64,000 nt of DNA from Myxococcota bacterium (GTDB taxonomy: Bacteria; Myxococcota_A; UBA9160; UBA6930), in contig OZ245015.1 in NCBI GenBank assembly GCA_965223705.1, forward strand, positions 3,168,001-3,232,000, read 5' to 3'. Position numbers and translations under genes: made by a program. The notes beneath the pieces were generated by a model that saw nothing but the letters and a program-made list of their open reading frames with translations, searched no databases and was not told the origin of the DNA. How positions within the stretch are numbered: position 1 is the first letter of the stretch; every line of letters starts with the position of its first letter. Positions 19,932-30,178 of the stretch are shown here, piece after piece.

Positions 19932-20864
19932 ATGGGCCATCAACACTCGCACGGCAAACCGGCGTCGGGCACGGCGCAACGCACGCTCGGCGCAGCTCTC
20001 GTCCTATCCGCGACGTACCTGGTCGTCGAGGTCATCGGCGGCCTCATGACCGGTTCCCTCGCACTCCTCGCCGATGCGGGCCACATGACCTCCGACGTCG
20101 CGGCCCTCGCGTTGGCCCTGTTCGCGGCATGGGTCGCGAGCCGGCCAGCGGGCCCGCGCTGGACCTACGGGCGCCGTCGGGCGGAAGTGCTGGCGGCGCT
20201 TGCCCAAGGTGTGGCGCTTTTCGCCGCCGCGATTCTCATCGTCTTTGAAGCGGTGTCGCGGTTGGGAAGCGACGGGCCGGCCGAAATTTCGGGGCTCGGG
20301 GTGCTCCTCGTCGCAACGGGCGGTCTCATCGTCAATCTCATCGCGCTCGGGATGTTGCAGGGCGACCGCGCGCACAACTTGAACGTTCGCGGCGCGTGGC
20401 TCCATGTCGCGAGCGACGCATTGGGCAGCGTCGGGGCGATGTTCGCCGGTGGCATGATCTACTTCTTCGGGTTGACGTGGGCAGACCCGGTCGCCTCGCT
20501 GCTGATCGCGTCGCTCATCGTCGTGTCCGCCTGGCAGCTCCTGCGTGATGTCGTCGACGTCTTGATGGAAGCGGCGCCTCGGCATCTCGACGTCCCGCGG
20601 ATCCGCCGCGCCCTCGAGGCGATCGAAGGTGTGCTCGGCGTGCACGACCTCCACGTCTGGACGGTCGGCAGTGAGCAGGTCGCCCTCTCCTGCCACCTCG
20701 TGGTTCCCGAGGACGGCGGCTGCACACCGCTTCTGTCTCGAGTCCATCAAGTGTTGGGTGGCGAGTTCGGCATCCGCCACGCGACCGTCCAGGTTGAGCC
20801 CGTCGACTTCGCCGATGCGAGTCCGGAATCCTATTGCGTCGCGCCGCCAACGCTCGACACGTAG
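19932..20864 (+). CDS. czcD: cation diffusion facilitator (Co/Zn/Cd efflux)
   Basis: His-rich N-terminus, SLALLADAGHM, NVRGAWLHV..DALGS, VHDLHVW, HATVQVE. Confidence 0.88.
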   Translation: MGHQHSHGKPASGTAQRTLGAALVLSATYLVVEVIGGLMTGSLALLADAGHMTSDVAALALALFAAWVASRPAGPRWTYGRRRAEVLAALAQGVALFAAAILIVFEAVSRLGSDGPAEISGLGVLLVATGGLIVNLIALGMLQGDRAHNLNVRGAWLHVASDALGSVGAMFAGGMIYFFGLTWADPVASLLIASLIVVSAWQLLRDVVDVLMEAAPRHLDVPRIRRALEAIEGVLGVHDLHVWTVGSEQVALSCHLVVPEDGGCTPLLSRVHQVLGGEFGIRHATVQVEPVDFADASPESYCVAPPTLDT

Positions 20865-20871
20865 CACCCGG

Positions 20872-22089
20872 TCAGGGTATGTCGCGCCAGCGGACGAAAT
20901 CCCGGCTGAGCTCGCCGATGCTTCGCGCGCCGGCCAAAGCGAGTGTGCGCTCGAGACCTTCGGCGAACCAGCGGAGCACGAGATCGACGCCCCGTTCGCC
21001 GCCCGCGCCGAGGCCGTAGAGGTACGCCCGGCCGATCATGCACGCGCGGGCACCGAGGGCCACTGCCTTCGCGATATCGCTCCCCCGCCGGACCCCGCCG
21101 TCGCAGAGAATCTCGAGTCGATCCCCGACCCGCTCGGCGGTTTCGGCGACGAGTTCGAGCGGCGCCGGAGATCCGTCGAGCTGGCGTCCGCCGTGGTTCG
21201 AGAGAGCGATCGCCGGAATGCCTTCCGCCGCCGCGCGCTCCGCATCGATCACCGACTGGATCCCCTTGAGGATGACCGGCCCGTCCCAGATCCCGCGAAG
21301 CCAGGCGACGTCATCCCAGTCGAGGCCGGGATCGAACTGGCTGTTGATATAGTCCGCCAGGGACACGGCGTCGCTTCCGTCGCCGACCGAGCGGCCCACG
21401 ACATTGGAAAACGCGATCGGCTCGGACCGGAGGAAATCGAGCGTCCAGGCCGGGTGGAGCGCACCGTCGACCAAGGTTTCGAGGCCGACTTTCGGCGGAA
21501 GTGTGAAGCCACTGCGCACGTCGCGTTCGCGCCGGCCGAGCACCGCGGTATCGATCGTCAGCAACAATGCGTCGTAACCCGCCGCCGCCGCGCGCTCGAC
21601 GAGCTCTTTCACGAGGCCGCGGTCTCGCCAAGCGTACACCTGAAACCACTTCGGCCCGGGACACACCGCCGCAACGTCCTCGATGCTGCGCGTCGACAAC
21701 GTCGACAAGCTGTACGGAACGCCGGCCCGCGCCGCGGCGCGAGCGACGGCCAGCTCTCCCTGAGACTCGACAATACGAGTGAACCCGGTTGGCGCCATGA
21801 CCAGTGGCAGGGGCAAGGTGCGGCCGAGGAGCGTCGTCCCCGTATCGACATCGCCGACGTTGCGCAGGACACGCGGCCGAAACTCGAGCCTGTGAAAGGC
21901 TTCGCAATTGCGCCGCTGGGTCCGCTCGTCCTCTGCCGCCCCGTCGACGTAGTCGAAGACCCCACGCGGCAGCCGTCGTTCGGCGACGCGACGCAAATCG
22001 TCGACGTTGGCGCAGCGGGCCAACCGCCGTTCTGTGGCGTTCCACGTGAACTCTCGAAAGCGCAGAACCGAACGGAGCGATTGCCACAT
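20872..22089 (-). CDS. FMN-dependent alpha-hydroxy-acid dehydrogenase (L-lactate dehydrogenase-like)
   Basis: FDYVDG, APTG, WFQVY, ILKG, SNHGGRQ, DGGVRRGSD. Confidence 0.9.
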   Translation of the reverse strand: MWQSLRSVLRFREFTWNATERRLARCANVDDLRRVAERRLPRGVFDYVDGAAEDERTQRRNCEAFHRLEFRPRVLRNVGDVDTGTTLLGRTLPLPLVMAPTGFTRIVESQGELAVARAAARAGVPYSLSTLSTRSIEDVAAVCPGPKWFQVYAWRDRGLVKELVERAAAAGYDALLLTIDTAVLGRRERDVRSGFTLPPKVGLETLVDGALHPAWTLDFLRSEPIAFSNVVGRSVGDGSDAVSLADYINSQFDPGLDWDDVAWLRGIWDGPVILKGIQSVIDAERAAAEGIPAIALSNHGGRQLDGSPAPLELVAETAERVGDRLEILCDGGVRRGSDIAKAVALGARACMIGRAYLYGLGAGGERGVDLVLRWFAEGLERTLALAGARSIGELSRDFVRWRDIP

Positions 22090-22104
22090 GAGGGTTGACC
22101 GAAG

Positions 22105-22446
22105 CTAGGCGAAGAGCTCGCCGTACAATTCCTCGTTGAACCCGACGACCACCGTTTTGCCGAACTTGAGGCAAGGAGCGCGTAGATTCCCCGTCGGCCC
22201 GAGCATCTTTTCGACCTGGTCGGCGGAAATTCGCGCGCCCAAGGCGATGTCGTCCCGGTTCTTGCCCTTCGCGACGAAGAGCTTAGTCGCGCCCTTGAGA
22301 AGGGCTCGCGCATCGTCTTTCGACAACTTCCGACTCGCCGGGACTTCCTCCTTGACCTTGACTTTCTTCGCACCCAAGAACTTGGATGCCCGCGTGCAGC
22401 TCGTTCAGCCCTTGCGGTGGTAATACCAATCGACGCTCTTCGGCAT
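22105..22446 (-). CDS. ArsC-like selenoprotein (Sec at codon 14, UxxC)
   Basis: MPKSVDWYYHRKG-TGA(22407-22405)-TSCTRASKFLGAKK stays in frame to LGPTGNLRAP...VVGF; AAGGAGAGG RBS; SECIS-like hairpin downstream. Confidence 0.85.
22370..22389 (-). promoter_or_regulatory. putative bacterial SECIS of the ArsC-like gene
   Basis: GCAUCCAA-GUUC-UUGGGUGC 8-bp stem; loop starts GU at +24 from UGA. Confidence 0.65.
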
Positions 22447-22540
22447 GACCTCTCCTTTTCGCACAGTGTAGCGGCGATTGTTCGAGCGGAACCAGAAGGA
22501 CTGCGCGCGCGTATGGAACGCGAACGCCGGAGGTCTGGGA

Positions 22541-23935
22541 ATGTCGTCCACCCTTGCTCGGGCCCGCTTGAGTCTCGGCTGCCTACTGTTGGCGAGCAGC
22601 GTCGCATGCGCTGACGCAGCCCCGTCGGGCACCGCTGTGTCCACCGGGAACGAGGTCTTGCCGCTCGATCTCTTCTTTCCGCTGTTTCATCCAGAGACTG
22701 CGGTCTATGCCTCGGCGGCGAACGCGATCTTTTCGGAATGGGATGTCGCCAACGCACCGCTCGTCCTCGAGGCAATGCGCTTTTCTCCCCACGCCGACGA
22801 TCTCCTCGCCCGCCTCGAAAAAGTGACCGGCGAGTCATTCGGTGGCGATTTCCACCGTGCGTTTCGCTGGCTGTGGAATCAACCGATCGAACCGCACCCG
22901 GAGTATGCGCGCTGGAAATCGAAGCTTTACGGAGAGATCGATCCCCGCTTTTCCGTGCACTTCGACCGCGTTGGCGACGCTCGAATACGCCTCGACGAGA
23001 TTCTCTGGGGAGGCGTGGCGCGCGACGGGATCCCTCCGCTCGAGTACCCGGACCTCGTTGCCGCCGATGCCGCCGGCTACTTGGGTAGCTCCGACGTCGT
23101 CTTCGGGCTGTTCATCGACGGCGAGGCCCGGGCCTACCCGAAGAGAATACTCGCGTGGCACGAGCTCGTTCGAGATCGAATCGGCGAGGTCGAGATCACC
23201 GGGGTGTACTGCACCCTGTGCGGCGCCATGATCGCGTACGAGAGCGAGATCGACGGGCGTCGGTTCCGCCTCGGTACCAGTGGTTTTCTCTACCGCTCGA
23301 ACAAGTTGATGTACGACCACGAGACCGAGTCGCTCTGGTCGACGTTGACGGGCGAGCCGGTCCTAGGCGCCCTCGCCGGTACGTCACTTCGTCTGGTTCC
23401 CCGCCCGACGGTCACCACGACGTGGGGAGCTTGGAAAGACGCCCATCCGCAGACGAAGGTCTTGAGCATCGACACCGGGCACATTCGAGATTACAGCGAA
23501 GGCGCCGCCTACCGTGAATACTTCGCGACCGATGAACTCATGTTCGCGACACCGCGTCTCGACTCGCGGTTGCGGAACAAGGACGAAGTGCTCGTCCTTC
23601 GATTCGGCCGTCCGGGAACCGCCCCGGCGGCCATCGATCGCGCGACACTTCCGCCACACTCGATCTACGGCGGAACTCACGGTGGTGTCGACTACACGGT
23701 CTTCACCGACCGCTCCGGTGCCCACCGAATCTACGCCGTCGGGGGCTTCGACGATGCGACCTACGACGGCGGCCGTCGCGCGCGAGACGCGACCGGCCGC
23801 TCTTGGTCGCTGTCCGAGCAAACACTGACGGGCACCGACGGCACGGCGCACGAGCGTTTGCCCGCGCACCGCGCCTTCTGGTTCGGTTGGTTCGCGGCCT
23901 ATCCCGGCACGGAGCTCATCCGGGCAGATGAATGA
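22541..23935 (+). CDS. DUF3179 domain protein (Cys form, CTLC), exported
   Basis: WGGVARDGIPPL, ARAYP, YCTLCG, GTSGFLYRSNKLMYD, FWFGW; hydrophobic N-terminus. Confidence 0.85.
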   Translation: MSSTLARARLSLGCLLLASSVACADAAPSGTAVSTGNEVLPLDLFFPLFHPETAVYASAANAIFSEWDVANAPLVLEAMRFSPHADDLLARLEKVTGESFGGDFHRAFRWLWNQPIEPHPEYARWKSKLYGEIDPRFSVHFDRVGDARIRLDEILWGGVARDGIPPLEYPDLVAADAAGYLGSSDVVFGLFIDGEARAYPKRILAWHELVRDRIGEVEITGVYCTLCGAMIAYESEIDGRRFRLGTSGFLYRSNKLMYDHETESLWSTLTGEPVLGALAGTSLRLVPRPTVTTTWGAWKDAHPQTKVLSIDTGHIRDYSEGAAYREYFATDELMFATPRLDSRLRNKDEVLVLRFGRPGTAPAAIDRATLPPHSIYGGTHGGVDYTVFTDRSGAHRIYAVGGFDDATYDGGRRARDATGRSWSLSEQTLTGTDGTAHERLPAHRAFWFGWFAAYPGTELIRADE

Positions 23936-23939
23936 AAGC

Positions 23940-24569
23940 TCAGTCGCTGGATTCCCAGGCGTTCCAGTACATGACCTCGGACGCGGGTCGTCTCTCTGCG
24001 CGCCGCAGCGTCGCGCCCGCCGTGTGGCCCACGGGCAATAGGACCGTGGGCGTTACGTGGGGCGGAATCGAGAGCAACTCCGCGACTTCGCGGTCGTGGC
24101 GGCCCAAGAGCGTCGTCCACGTCGACCCCAGGCCCCGCGTGCGCAGTGCCACCATCAACGACCATGCGGCGGGCAGAATCGATCCGTAGAAACCGAGCTG
24201 TCGCGACAGCTCCTCGGGGGGCCGGCCCTCGGTACAGACGAGAATCAACACCGGAAAATCCTGCAGGCGGTCGGCGAGAAAGCGATAATTCGGCGACAGT
24301 GTTTCCGGAGCGTTTCCCGCTGCTTGCATCTCCTTGAGGCGGAGTTCCATGAACTCGTCGAAGGCGCGGCGATAGAGGTCGGCCAGTCCCGACTTGAGCT
24401 CGGGCTCCGTCACGAACACGAATCTCCACGCTTCGCGGCCGACTCCCGTGGGCGCTTGGACCGCGATCTCGACGCACTCTTCGAGGAGCTGCGGCGATAC
24501 GGGTCGCGAGAAATCGATGCGTCTGCGCACCGAGCGCGTCGTGGCGAGCGCTTCGTCCGCGTCGATCAC
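23940..24569 (-). CDS. nitroreductase family protein
   Basis: LATTRSVRRRIDF, QAPTG, WRFVFV, GSILPAAWS, GLGSTWTT; GTGA overlap with the upstream gene. Confidence 0.88.
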   Translation of the reverse strand: MIDADEALATTRSVRRRIDFSRPVSPQLLEECVEIAVQAPTGVGREAWRFVFVTEPELKSGLADLYRRAFDEFMELRLKEMQAAGNAPETLSPNYRFLADRLQDFPVLILVCTEGRPPEELSRQLGFYGSILPAAWSLMVALRTRGLGSTWTTLLGRHDREVAELLSIPPHVTPTVLLPVGHTAGATLRRAERRPASEVMYWNAWESSD

Positions 24570-26038
24570 AGCGCGGCCGCGGCCTCTCCGGCGGCGCGAC
24601 CGAACACCGCTCCCGACGTGAGGCCGGACCCGCCGGGGTACATCGAGTAGAAGATGCCGCCGACCGCTTCGCCCGCCGCGAACAGGCCCGGCACGGGAGT
24701 ACCATCCCCCCGCAGAACAGACCCACGCGGATCGACCCGGAGCCCGCCGTAAGTGAACGTGATCCCGCACGTGACGCGAAACGCCGTGTACGGAGGCGAG
24801 TCGAGGGGCAACGCCCAGTTCGACTTCGGCGGTGTGATCCCGCGCGTCGCGCAACCGTCTTTCTTCGTCGGATCGAAGCGATCCGTCGGACCCGCTGCTT
24901 CGTTGTAGGCGCGCAGCGTGTCCAGGGCCCGCTTCCCATCTACGCCGGAAAGGGCGGCGCACAAAGCGGGCAGCGTCGCGGCTTGTGTGCGGGTCGCGCC
25001 TTCCGCGGCGTAGTCGTCGTAGAGGAGCGGGAGACTCTTCGCATCGAAGATCTGCCATGCGAACGCTCCGGGTTGCTCGAGCACAGCGCGACCGTACTGG
25101 GCATACGTGTAGTTCCGAAAATCCGCCCCCTCATCGACGAAGCGGCGTCCCTCGGCGTTGAGCATCACTCCGAAGGGGTAGCTGATCTTTCGAAACTTGC
25201 GCCTTTCGATGTGGGGAATCGGCGAGTCCTCGAAATTCGGTGTCGAGACGTCCATGCAGACGGCGTGACAGGCTGCGAAATCGCCCTCCGTCGCGGCGCC
25301 GACCGCGCGCGCCATCGTCAAGGCAGCTCCGCGGTTGTAGGGTGTCCCGCGGACGGTCGCCTGCCGCCAGGGCGCGCCCAAGTGGGCGGCGCGAAGCTCC
25401 GCGTTCGCTTCGAACCCGCCACATGCGAGAACGACGGCGCGCGCGGCGACCACCTCGCCGCCGGCGAGTTCGACTCCTGCGACGGCGTCGTCTCGCACGA
25501 CCAAAGCCTCGACCGGCGCTCGCAAGCGGATTTCTACGCCGGCACCCGCAGCAATATCCGCCAGCTTTGCGACCAAGCCCTCCCCTTCGCCACGGGCGCC
25601 GAGTACGACACCGCCCCAAAAATGGAAACGGCCGTCGCGCTCGAAGGCCTGACGTTCGTAGATCGGATCGAACGCGATGCCGAGCTCGGACAGCCATGCA
25701 ACCGCGCCGTAGCTGCGCTCGACGAGGCTCCGTTGCAGGGGCTTCGCGCCTCCGTCCTGTCCCCGGCAGAGGTCGGCGAGGAACTGCGCCTCAGAATAAG
25801 CGCCGAAATCGCTGCGGCCGATCCGTGAATCCGCCTCGGGTTCGATTAACGCCGCGAGCTCCTCGGGTGAAGCGAAAGCGAAGCGCATCGCGCCAGCGGT
25901 GTAGCGGGAGTTTCCGCCGAAATCGGCTTCGCCCCCCGCTTCAAAGACACACACGTGGGCGCCGGCGCGACGCGCGCTGATGGCGGCGCACAGTGCCGCG
26001 TTCCCGCTTCCCACCACCGCGACATCGATACGACGCAA
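24566..26038 (-). CDS. tcuA: FAD-dependent tricarballylate dehydrogenase-like flavoprotein
   Basis: VVGSGNAALCAA, GGNSRYTAGAMRF, RFVDEGADFRNYTYA, CGITFTYGG, YPGGSGLTSGAVFGR. Confidence 0.78.
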   Translation of the reverse strand: MRRIDVAVVGSGNAALCAAISARRAGAHVCVFEAGGEADFGGNSRYTAGAMRFAFASPEELAALIEPEADSRIGRSDFGAYSEAQFLADLCRGQDGGAKPLQRSLVERSYGAVAWLSELGIAFDPIYERQAFERDGRFHFWGGVVLGARGEGEGLVAKLADIAAGAGVEIRLRAPVEALVVRDDAVAGVELAGGEVVAARAVVLACGGFEANAELRAAHLGAPWRQATVRGTPYNRGAALTMARAVGAATEGDFAACHAVCMDVSTPNFEDSPIPHIERRKFRKISYPFGVMLNAEGRRFVDEGADFRNYTYAQYGRAVLEQPGAFAWQIFDAKSLPLLYDDYAAEGATRTQAATLPALCAALSGVDGKRALDTLRAYNEAAGPTDRFDPTKKDGCATRGITPPKSNWALPLDSPPYTAFRVTCGITFTYGGLRVDPRGSVLRGDGTPVPGLFAAGEAVGGIFYSMYPGGSGLTSGAVFGRAAGEAAAAL

Positions 26039-26062
26039 GGAAACCGACCGACCCCGCGCCGA

Positions 26063-27205
26063 CTAGCGAAGCGAGCGGAACGCTTCGCGCACCTCTCGGA
26101 CGAAGATCTCCGGCTGCTCGAAAGCGGCGAAATGACCGCCTTTGTCGAGTGTGTTGAAGTAGATGAGATCGGTGTAGCGAGATTCGACCCAGCGCTTCGA
26201 CGCGCGAAAGATCTCCTTCGGGAAAATGCTGACTCCGGTGGGGAGCGTCACCGGAAGGAGTTCCTCACTCAGGATTCCGAAGCTCTGCCAATAGAGCCGC
26301 GCGGACGACGCGCCGCTATTCGTGAGCCAGTACATCATGATGTCGTCGAGCATTTCGTCGCGGGTGAGCACGTTTTCGGGGTGGCCGTCGCAATCGGTCC
26401 ACTGGAAGAACTTCTCGAGGATCCACGCCATCTGTCCGACCGGCGAGTCGGCGAGTCCGTAGCCCAAGGTTTGTGGCCGCGTGCTCTGTTCTTTCGAATA
26501 GCCCGAGTCGTGATCCCAATAGAACTGGCCACTCGCCAGTGCGGCTTCTTCAAAGGGTGTCAGGTTCTCCAAAAGATCCGGTGTCGGACTCACGAGCGGC
26601 ATGTTCAGATGAATCCCGGCGCAGTGTTCGGTCTCGGTAATGCCGATGCTCGTCGTCACCGCAGCACCCCAGTCGCCGCCTTGCGCCACGTAGCGGTCGT
26701 AGCCGAGCCGGGCCATCAACTCGCCCCACGCACTCCCGATTCGCTCGACACCCCAGCCGGGGGCGGTGGGCTTGTCCGAGAAGCCGTACCCGGGAAGCGT
26801 CGGACAGACGACGTGAAAAGCGTCGGACGCTTCGCCGCCGTGCGACGCCGGGTCGGACAGCGGGCCGATCACCTTCATGAACTCGACCACCGAGCCCGGC
26901 CAACCGTGGGTCATCACGAGCGGCAGTGCGTTCTCATTCGGCGAACGGACATGCAGGAAATGGATGCCCAAACCATCGACCTCGAGCTTCCACTGGGGAA
27001 ACGCGTTCAGCGCGTTTTCACAACGCCGCCAGTCGTACTTTTCGGCCCAGTAGGCGGCGACATCCTTCACGTAGTCGAGCGGTACACCCTGGCTCCAATC
27101 GTCGGGCGTCTCCCGGTCCGGCCAGCGCGTCAACGCGAGGCGCTGGCGCAATTGCTCGAGCTCGGTCTCGGGTACGTCGATCCGAAAAGACGAAGGTTCA
27201 CTCAT
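26063..27205 (-). CDS. epoxide hydrolase (microsomal-type)
   Basis: HGWPGS, LPGYGFS, QGGDWG, GGHFAAFEQP. Confidence 0.92.
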   Translation of the reverse strand: MSEPSSFRIDVPETELEQLRQRLALTRWPDRETPDDWSQGVPLDYVKDVAAYWAEKYDWRRCENALNAFPQWKLEVDGLGIHFLHVRSPNENALPLVMTHGWPGSVVEFMKVIGPLSDPASHGGEASDAFHVVCPTLPGYGFSDKPTAPGWGVERIGSAWGELMARLGYDRYVAQGGDWGAAVTTSIGITETEHCAGIHLNMPLVSPTPDLLENLTPFEEAALASGQFYWDHDSGYSKEQSTRPQTLGYGLADSPVGQMAWILEKFFQWTDCDGHPENVLTRDEMLDDIMMYWLTNSGASSARLYWQSFGILSEELLPVTLPTGVSIFPKEIFRASKRWVESRYTDLIYFNTLDKGGHFAAFEQPEIFVREVREAFRSLR

Positions 27206-27339
27206 GGTGTTCTCCCGGCGCGGCGGTTGCGCGTGAGCCGCGTGCCCACTTCGAGGTTACCTTGGATGCGCCGCACAAATCACGTGTCGGCGATGGTAAG
27301 GTAGGCGTTGCCCCGATTTCCGGCGGAGGGACCCAGTTC

Positions 27340-28482
27340 ATGCGGCTGATCGGCCTACGCGAGCAAGCGGCCAACGAGCGACGCGTGTCGATCACGCCCG
27401 AGAGCGCGCGCGGCTTGATCCAGGCGGGTTTCGAGGTCGCCATCGAGGCCGGAGCCGGGGTCGATGCCAGTTTCGACGACGATGAATACCGCGAGCAGGG
27501 CGTCGCGATCGAAACCGATCGCCGCGAGCTGATTGCATCGGCCGATGTTTGGCTGGCGGTGGGTGCCCCCTCGCTCGAGGAACTCGCCCCTTTTCGAGCG
27601 AACGGGCTCCTGGTGGGGTTCCTTCGACCTTTCGACGATCCGGCCTACGCCGCCGACGTCGCGAAGCGCGGCATGACGAGTTTCGCGATGGAGCTCCTTC
27701 CGCGCACGACCCGTGCTCAGGCGATGGATGCGCTGTCTTCCCAAGCGTCCATTGCGGGCTATCGCGCAGTCATCCTCGCGGCGGCCCATCAGACCAAGGT
27801 GTTTCCGATGATGACCACTCCGGCGGGAACGATCCCTCCGGCGCGGGTACTCGTCGTCGGCGCCGGCGTCGCCGGGCTCCAAGCCATTGCGACGGCCCAC
27901 CGGCTCGGAGCGCGGGTCGAGGCCTACGACACCCGTCCCGCGGTCAAAGAACAAGTCGAGAGCTTGGGAGCTCGCTTTCTCGAGCTTGAGCTCGATGCGT
28001 CCGACGGCGAAGCCGAAGGCGGGTACGCGAAGGCGCAAAGTGACGAGTTCTTGAAACGTCAGCGCGAGCTCTTCGCCGAGCGCCTGCGCGATTTCGACGT
28101 CGTCGTGACGACAGCCCTCGTGCCCGGTCGGCCGGCACCGGTGCTCATCGAGCGCTCCGCGGTCGACGCAATGCATACCGGGGCCGTGATCATGGACTTG
28201 GCCGCTCCCAACGGCGGGAACTGCGAGCTGACCCGCGCCGACGAAGAAGTCGTGCACGGCGGTGTCCATATCTTCGGGCCGACGAATCTCGCATCGGAAT
28301 CCGCGCGAGGCGCGAGTCGGATGTATTCTCGAAATCTACTCGCTCTGATGAAGCACTTGTCCGAGGACGGGCAGCTCAACCTCGACTTCGACGACGAAAT
28401 TATCGGTGGCGCTGTCCTGACTCATGACGGCGAGGTCGTTCCCAAAGCGGTCCTCGAACGCATCAAGGAGGCCTCGATTTGA
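27340..28482 (+). CDS. pntA: NAD(P) transhydrogenase alpha subunit, part 1 (dI)
   Basis: ERRVSITPE, RAQAMDALSS, GAGVAGL, DLAAPNGGNCE. Confidence 0.93.
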   Translation: MRLIGLREQAANERRVSITPESARGLIQAGFEVAIEAGAGVDASFDDDEYREQGVAIETDRRELIASADVWLAVGAPSLEELAPFRANGLLVGFLRPFDDPAYAADVAKRGMTSFAMELLPRTTRAQAMDALSSQASIAGYRAVILAAAHQTKVFPMMTTPAGTIPPARVLVVGAGVAGLQAIATAHRLGARVEAYDTRPAVKEQVESLGARFLELELDASDGEAEGGYAKAQSDEFLKRQRELFAERLRDFDVVVTTALVPGRPAPVLIERSAVDAMHTGAVIMDLAAPNGGNCELTRADEEVVHGGVHIFGPTNLASESARGASRMYSRNLLALMKHLSEDGQLNLDFDDEIIGGAVLTHDGEVVPKAVLERIKEASI

Positions 28483-28769
28483 TCGACGACCCCGCAGTCG
28501 CACTGACGATCCTCGTGCTCGCGCTCTTCGTCGGCGTCGAGATCATTTCCAAGGTCCCCACGTTGCTGCACACACCGCTCATGAGCGGCTCCAATGCGAT
28601 CTCCGGGATCACGGTGGTCGGCGCGATCCTCGCGGCGGGTTCCGGAGAAGGCGATTGGGCCGCGTGGCTCGGCTTTCTCGCCATCGTCCTCGCCACGATC
28701 AACGTGGTCGGCGGCTTTCTGGTGACCCAGCGAATGCTCGCGATGTTCCGGGGCAAGAACCAGTCATGA
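28479..28769 (+). CDS. pntA: NAD(P) transhydrogenase alpha subunit, part 2
   Basis: LHTPLMSGSNAISG, NVVGGFLVTQRML. Confidence 0.93.
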   Translation: MIDDPAVALTILVLALFVGVEIISKVPTLLHTPLMSGSNAISGITVVGAILAAGSGEGDWAAWLGFLAIVLATINVVGGFLVTQRMLAMFRGKNQS

Positions 28770-30148
28770 GCCAGTGGGCCGCCTTCGCGTATCTCGCCGC
28801 TGCCGTTCTCTTCATCCTCGGCATCAAGGGGCTCGGTTCTGCGAAAACCGCGCGGTCGGGGAATGCCATGGCGGCACTCGGGATGCTGATCGCCATCGTC
28901 GCGACGCTGAGTCTCGCGCGCGTCGTGAGTTACAGCTTGATCGTCACCGGTGTCGCGGTGGGCGCGGTCATCGGGGCCGTCGTCGCGCGTCGCATCGAAA
29001 TGACGGCCATGCCCGAAATGGTCGCGCTGCTGAATGGCTTCGGCGGCGCGGCGTCGGCGTTGGTCGGTATGTCGGAATACATCCATCGTCAGCAGACCGC
29101 CTCCGACGGCGCGACCATGGTGTCGGTTGCCATCGTGCTGTCGCTGCTGATCGGCGGCCTGACGCTTACCGGTAGCCTGATCGCCTTTTCGAAGCTTCGC
29201 GGCGTTTTGACGTCCCAGCCGATCACGTACGGCGGCCAACAGGTCGCGAACGCTCTGATCTTGCTGGCGGCCCTGGGCCTCGGCTACGCGGTGGCAACCT
29301 CCGGGTTCTCCGGGCCGCTCCTCTTCGCCCTCCTTGTCGTTTCCCTGGGGCTGGGCGTCCTCGCCGTGTTGCCCATCGGCGGCGGCGACATGCCCGTCGT
29401 CATCTCGCTGCTGAATTCCTACTCGGGGCTCGCGGCGTGTGCCACCGGATTCGTCCTGGGCAACGGCGGCTTGATCATCAGCGGCTCACTGGTCGGGGCG
29501 TCGGGCCTGATCCTGACCAAGCAAATGTGCGAAGGAATGAACCGGTCCCTCGCAAACGTGCTGTTCAGCGCCTTTGGCAAGCCGGTCGAGCAGGTGGCGG
29601 GGGACGCTGAGGACCGGACCGTCCGCTCCTGTACCGTGGAAGACGCCGCCATCATCTTCGGCAGTGCCCAGCGGTGTGTGATGGTTCCCGGCTACGGGCT
29701 GGCGGTGGCTCAAGCCCAGCACGCAGCGCAAGAACTCGCCGAAACCCTCGAGGAGCGCGGCATTGCTGTCAGCTACGCGATCCATCCGGTCGCGGGGCGC
29801 ATGCCGGGACACATGAACGTCCTTCTCGCCGAAGCGAGCGTCCCCTACGAGCAACTTGTCGAAATGGACGAGATCAATCCCGAATTCAGCGAGACCGACG
29901 TCGCGCTCGTGATCGGCGCGAACGACGTGGTCAACCCCGCCGCGCGCAAGGACGAATCGAGTCCGATCTACGGAATGCCGATTCTCGACGTGGACTACGC
30001 CCGAAACGTGTTCGTGATCAAACGGAGCATGAACCCGGGCTTCGCAGGGATCGAGAACCCGCTCTTTTACAACGACAACACGATGATGATCTTCGGCGAC
30101 GCGAAGAGCGTGCTGCTCAACCTCGTCGCGGCGACGAAGGACGCTTAG
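28766..30148 (+). CDS. pntB: NAD(P) transhydrogenase beta subunit
   Basis: MTAMPEMVA, GGGDMPVVISLLNSYSG, IHPVAGRMPGHMNVLLAEA, GANDVVNPAA. Confidence 0.95.
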   Translation: MSQWAAFAYLAAAVLFILGIKGLGSAKTARSGNAMAALGMLIAIVATLSLARVVSYSLIVTGVAVGAVIGAVVARRIEMTAMPEMVALLNGFGGAASALVGMSEYIHRQQTASDGATMVSVAIVLSLLIGGLTLTGSLIAFSKLRGVLTSQPITYGGQQVANALILLAALGLGYAVATSGFSGPLLFALLVVSLGLGVLAVLPIGGGDMPVVISLLNSYSGLAACATGFVLGNGGLIISGSLVGASGLILTKQMCEGMNRSLANVLFSAFGKPVEQVAGDAEDRTVRSCTVEDAAIIFGSAQRCVMVPGYGLAVAQAQHAAQELAETLEERGIAVSYAIHPVAGRMPGHMNVLLAEASVPYEQLVEMDEINPEFSETDVALVIGANDVVNPAARKDESSPIYGMPILDVDYARNVFVIKRSMNPGFAGIENPLFYNDNTMMIFGDAKSVLLNLVAATKDA

Positions 30149-30178
30149 CGCGGGACATCGAGGCGCCCCTTAGGCGCA

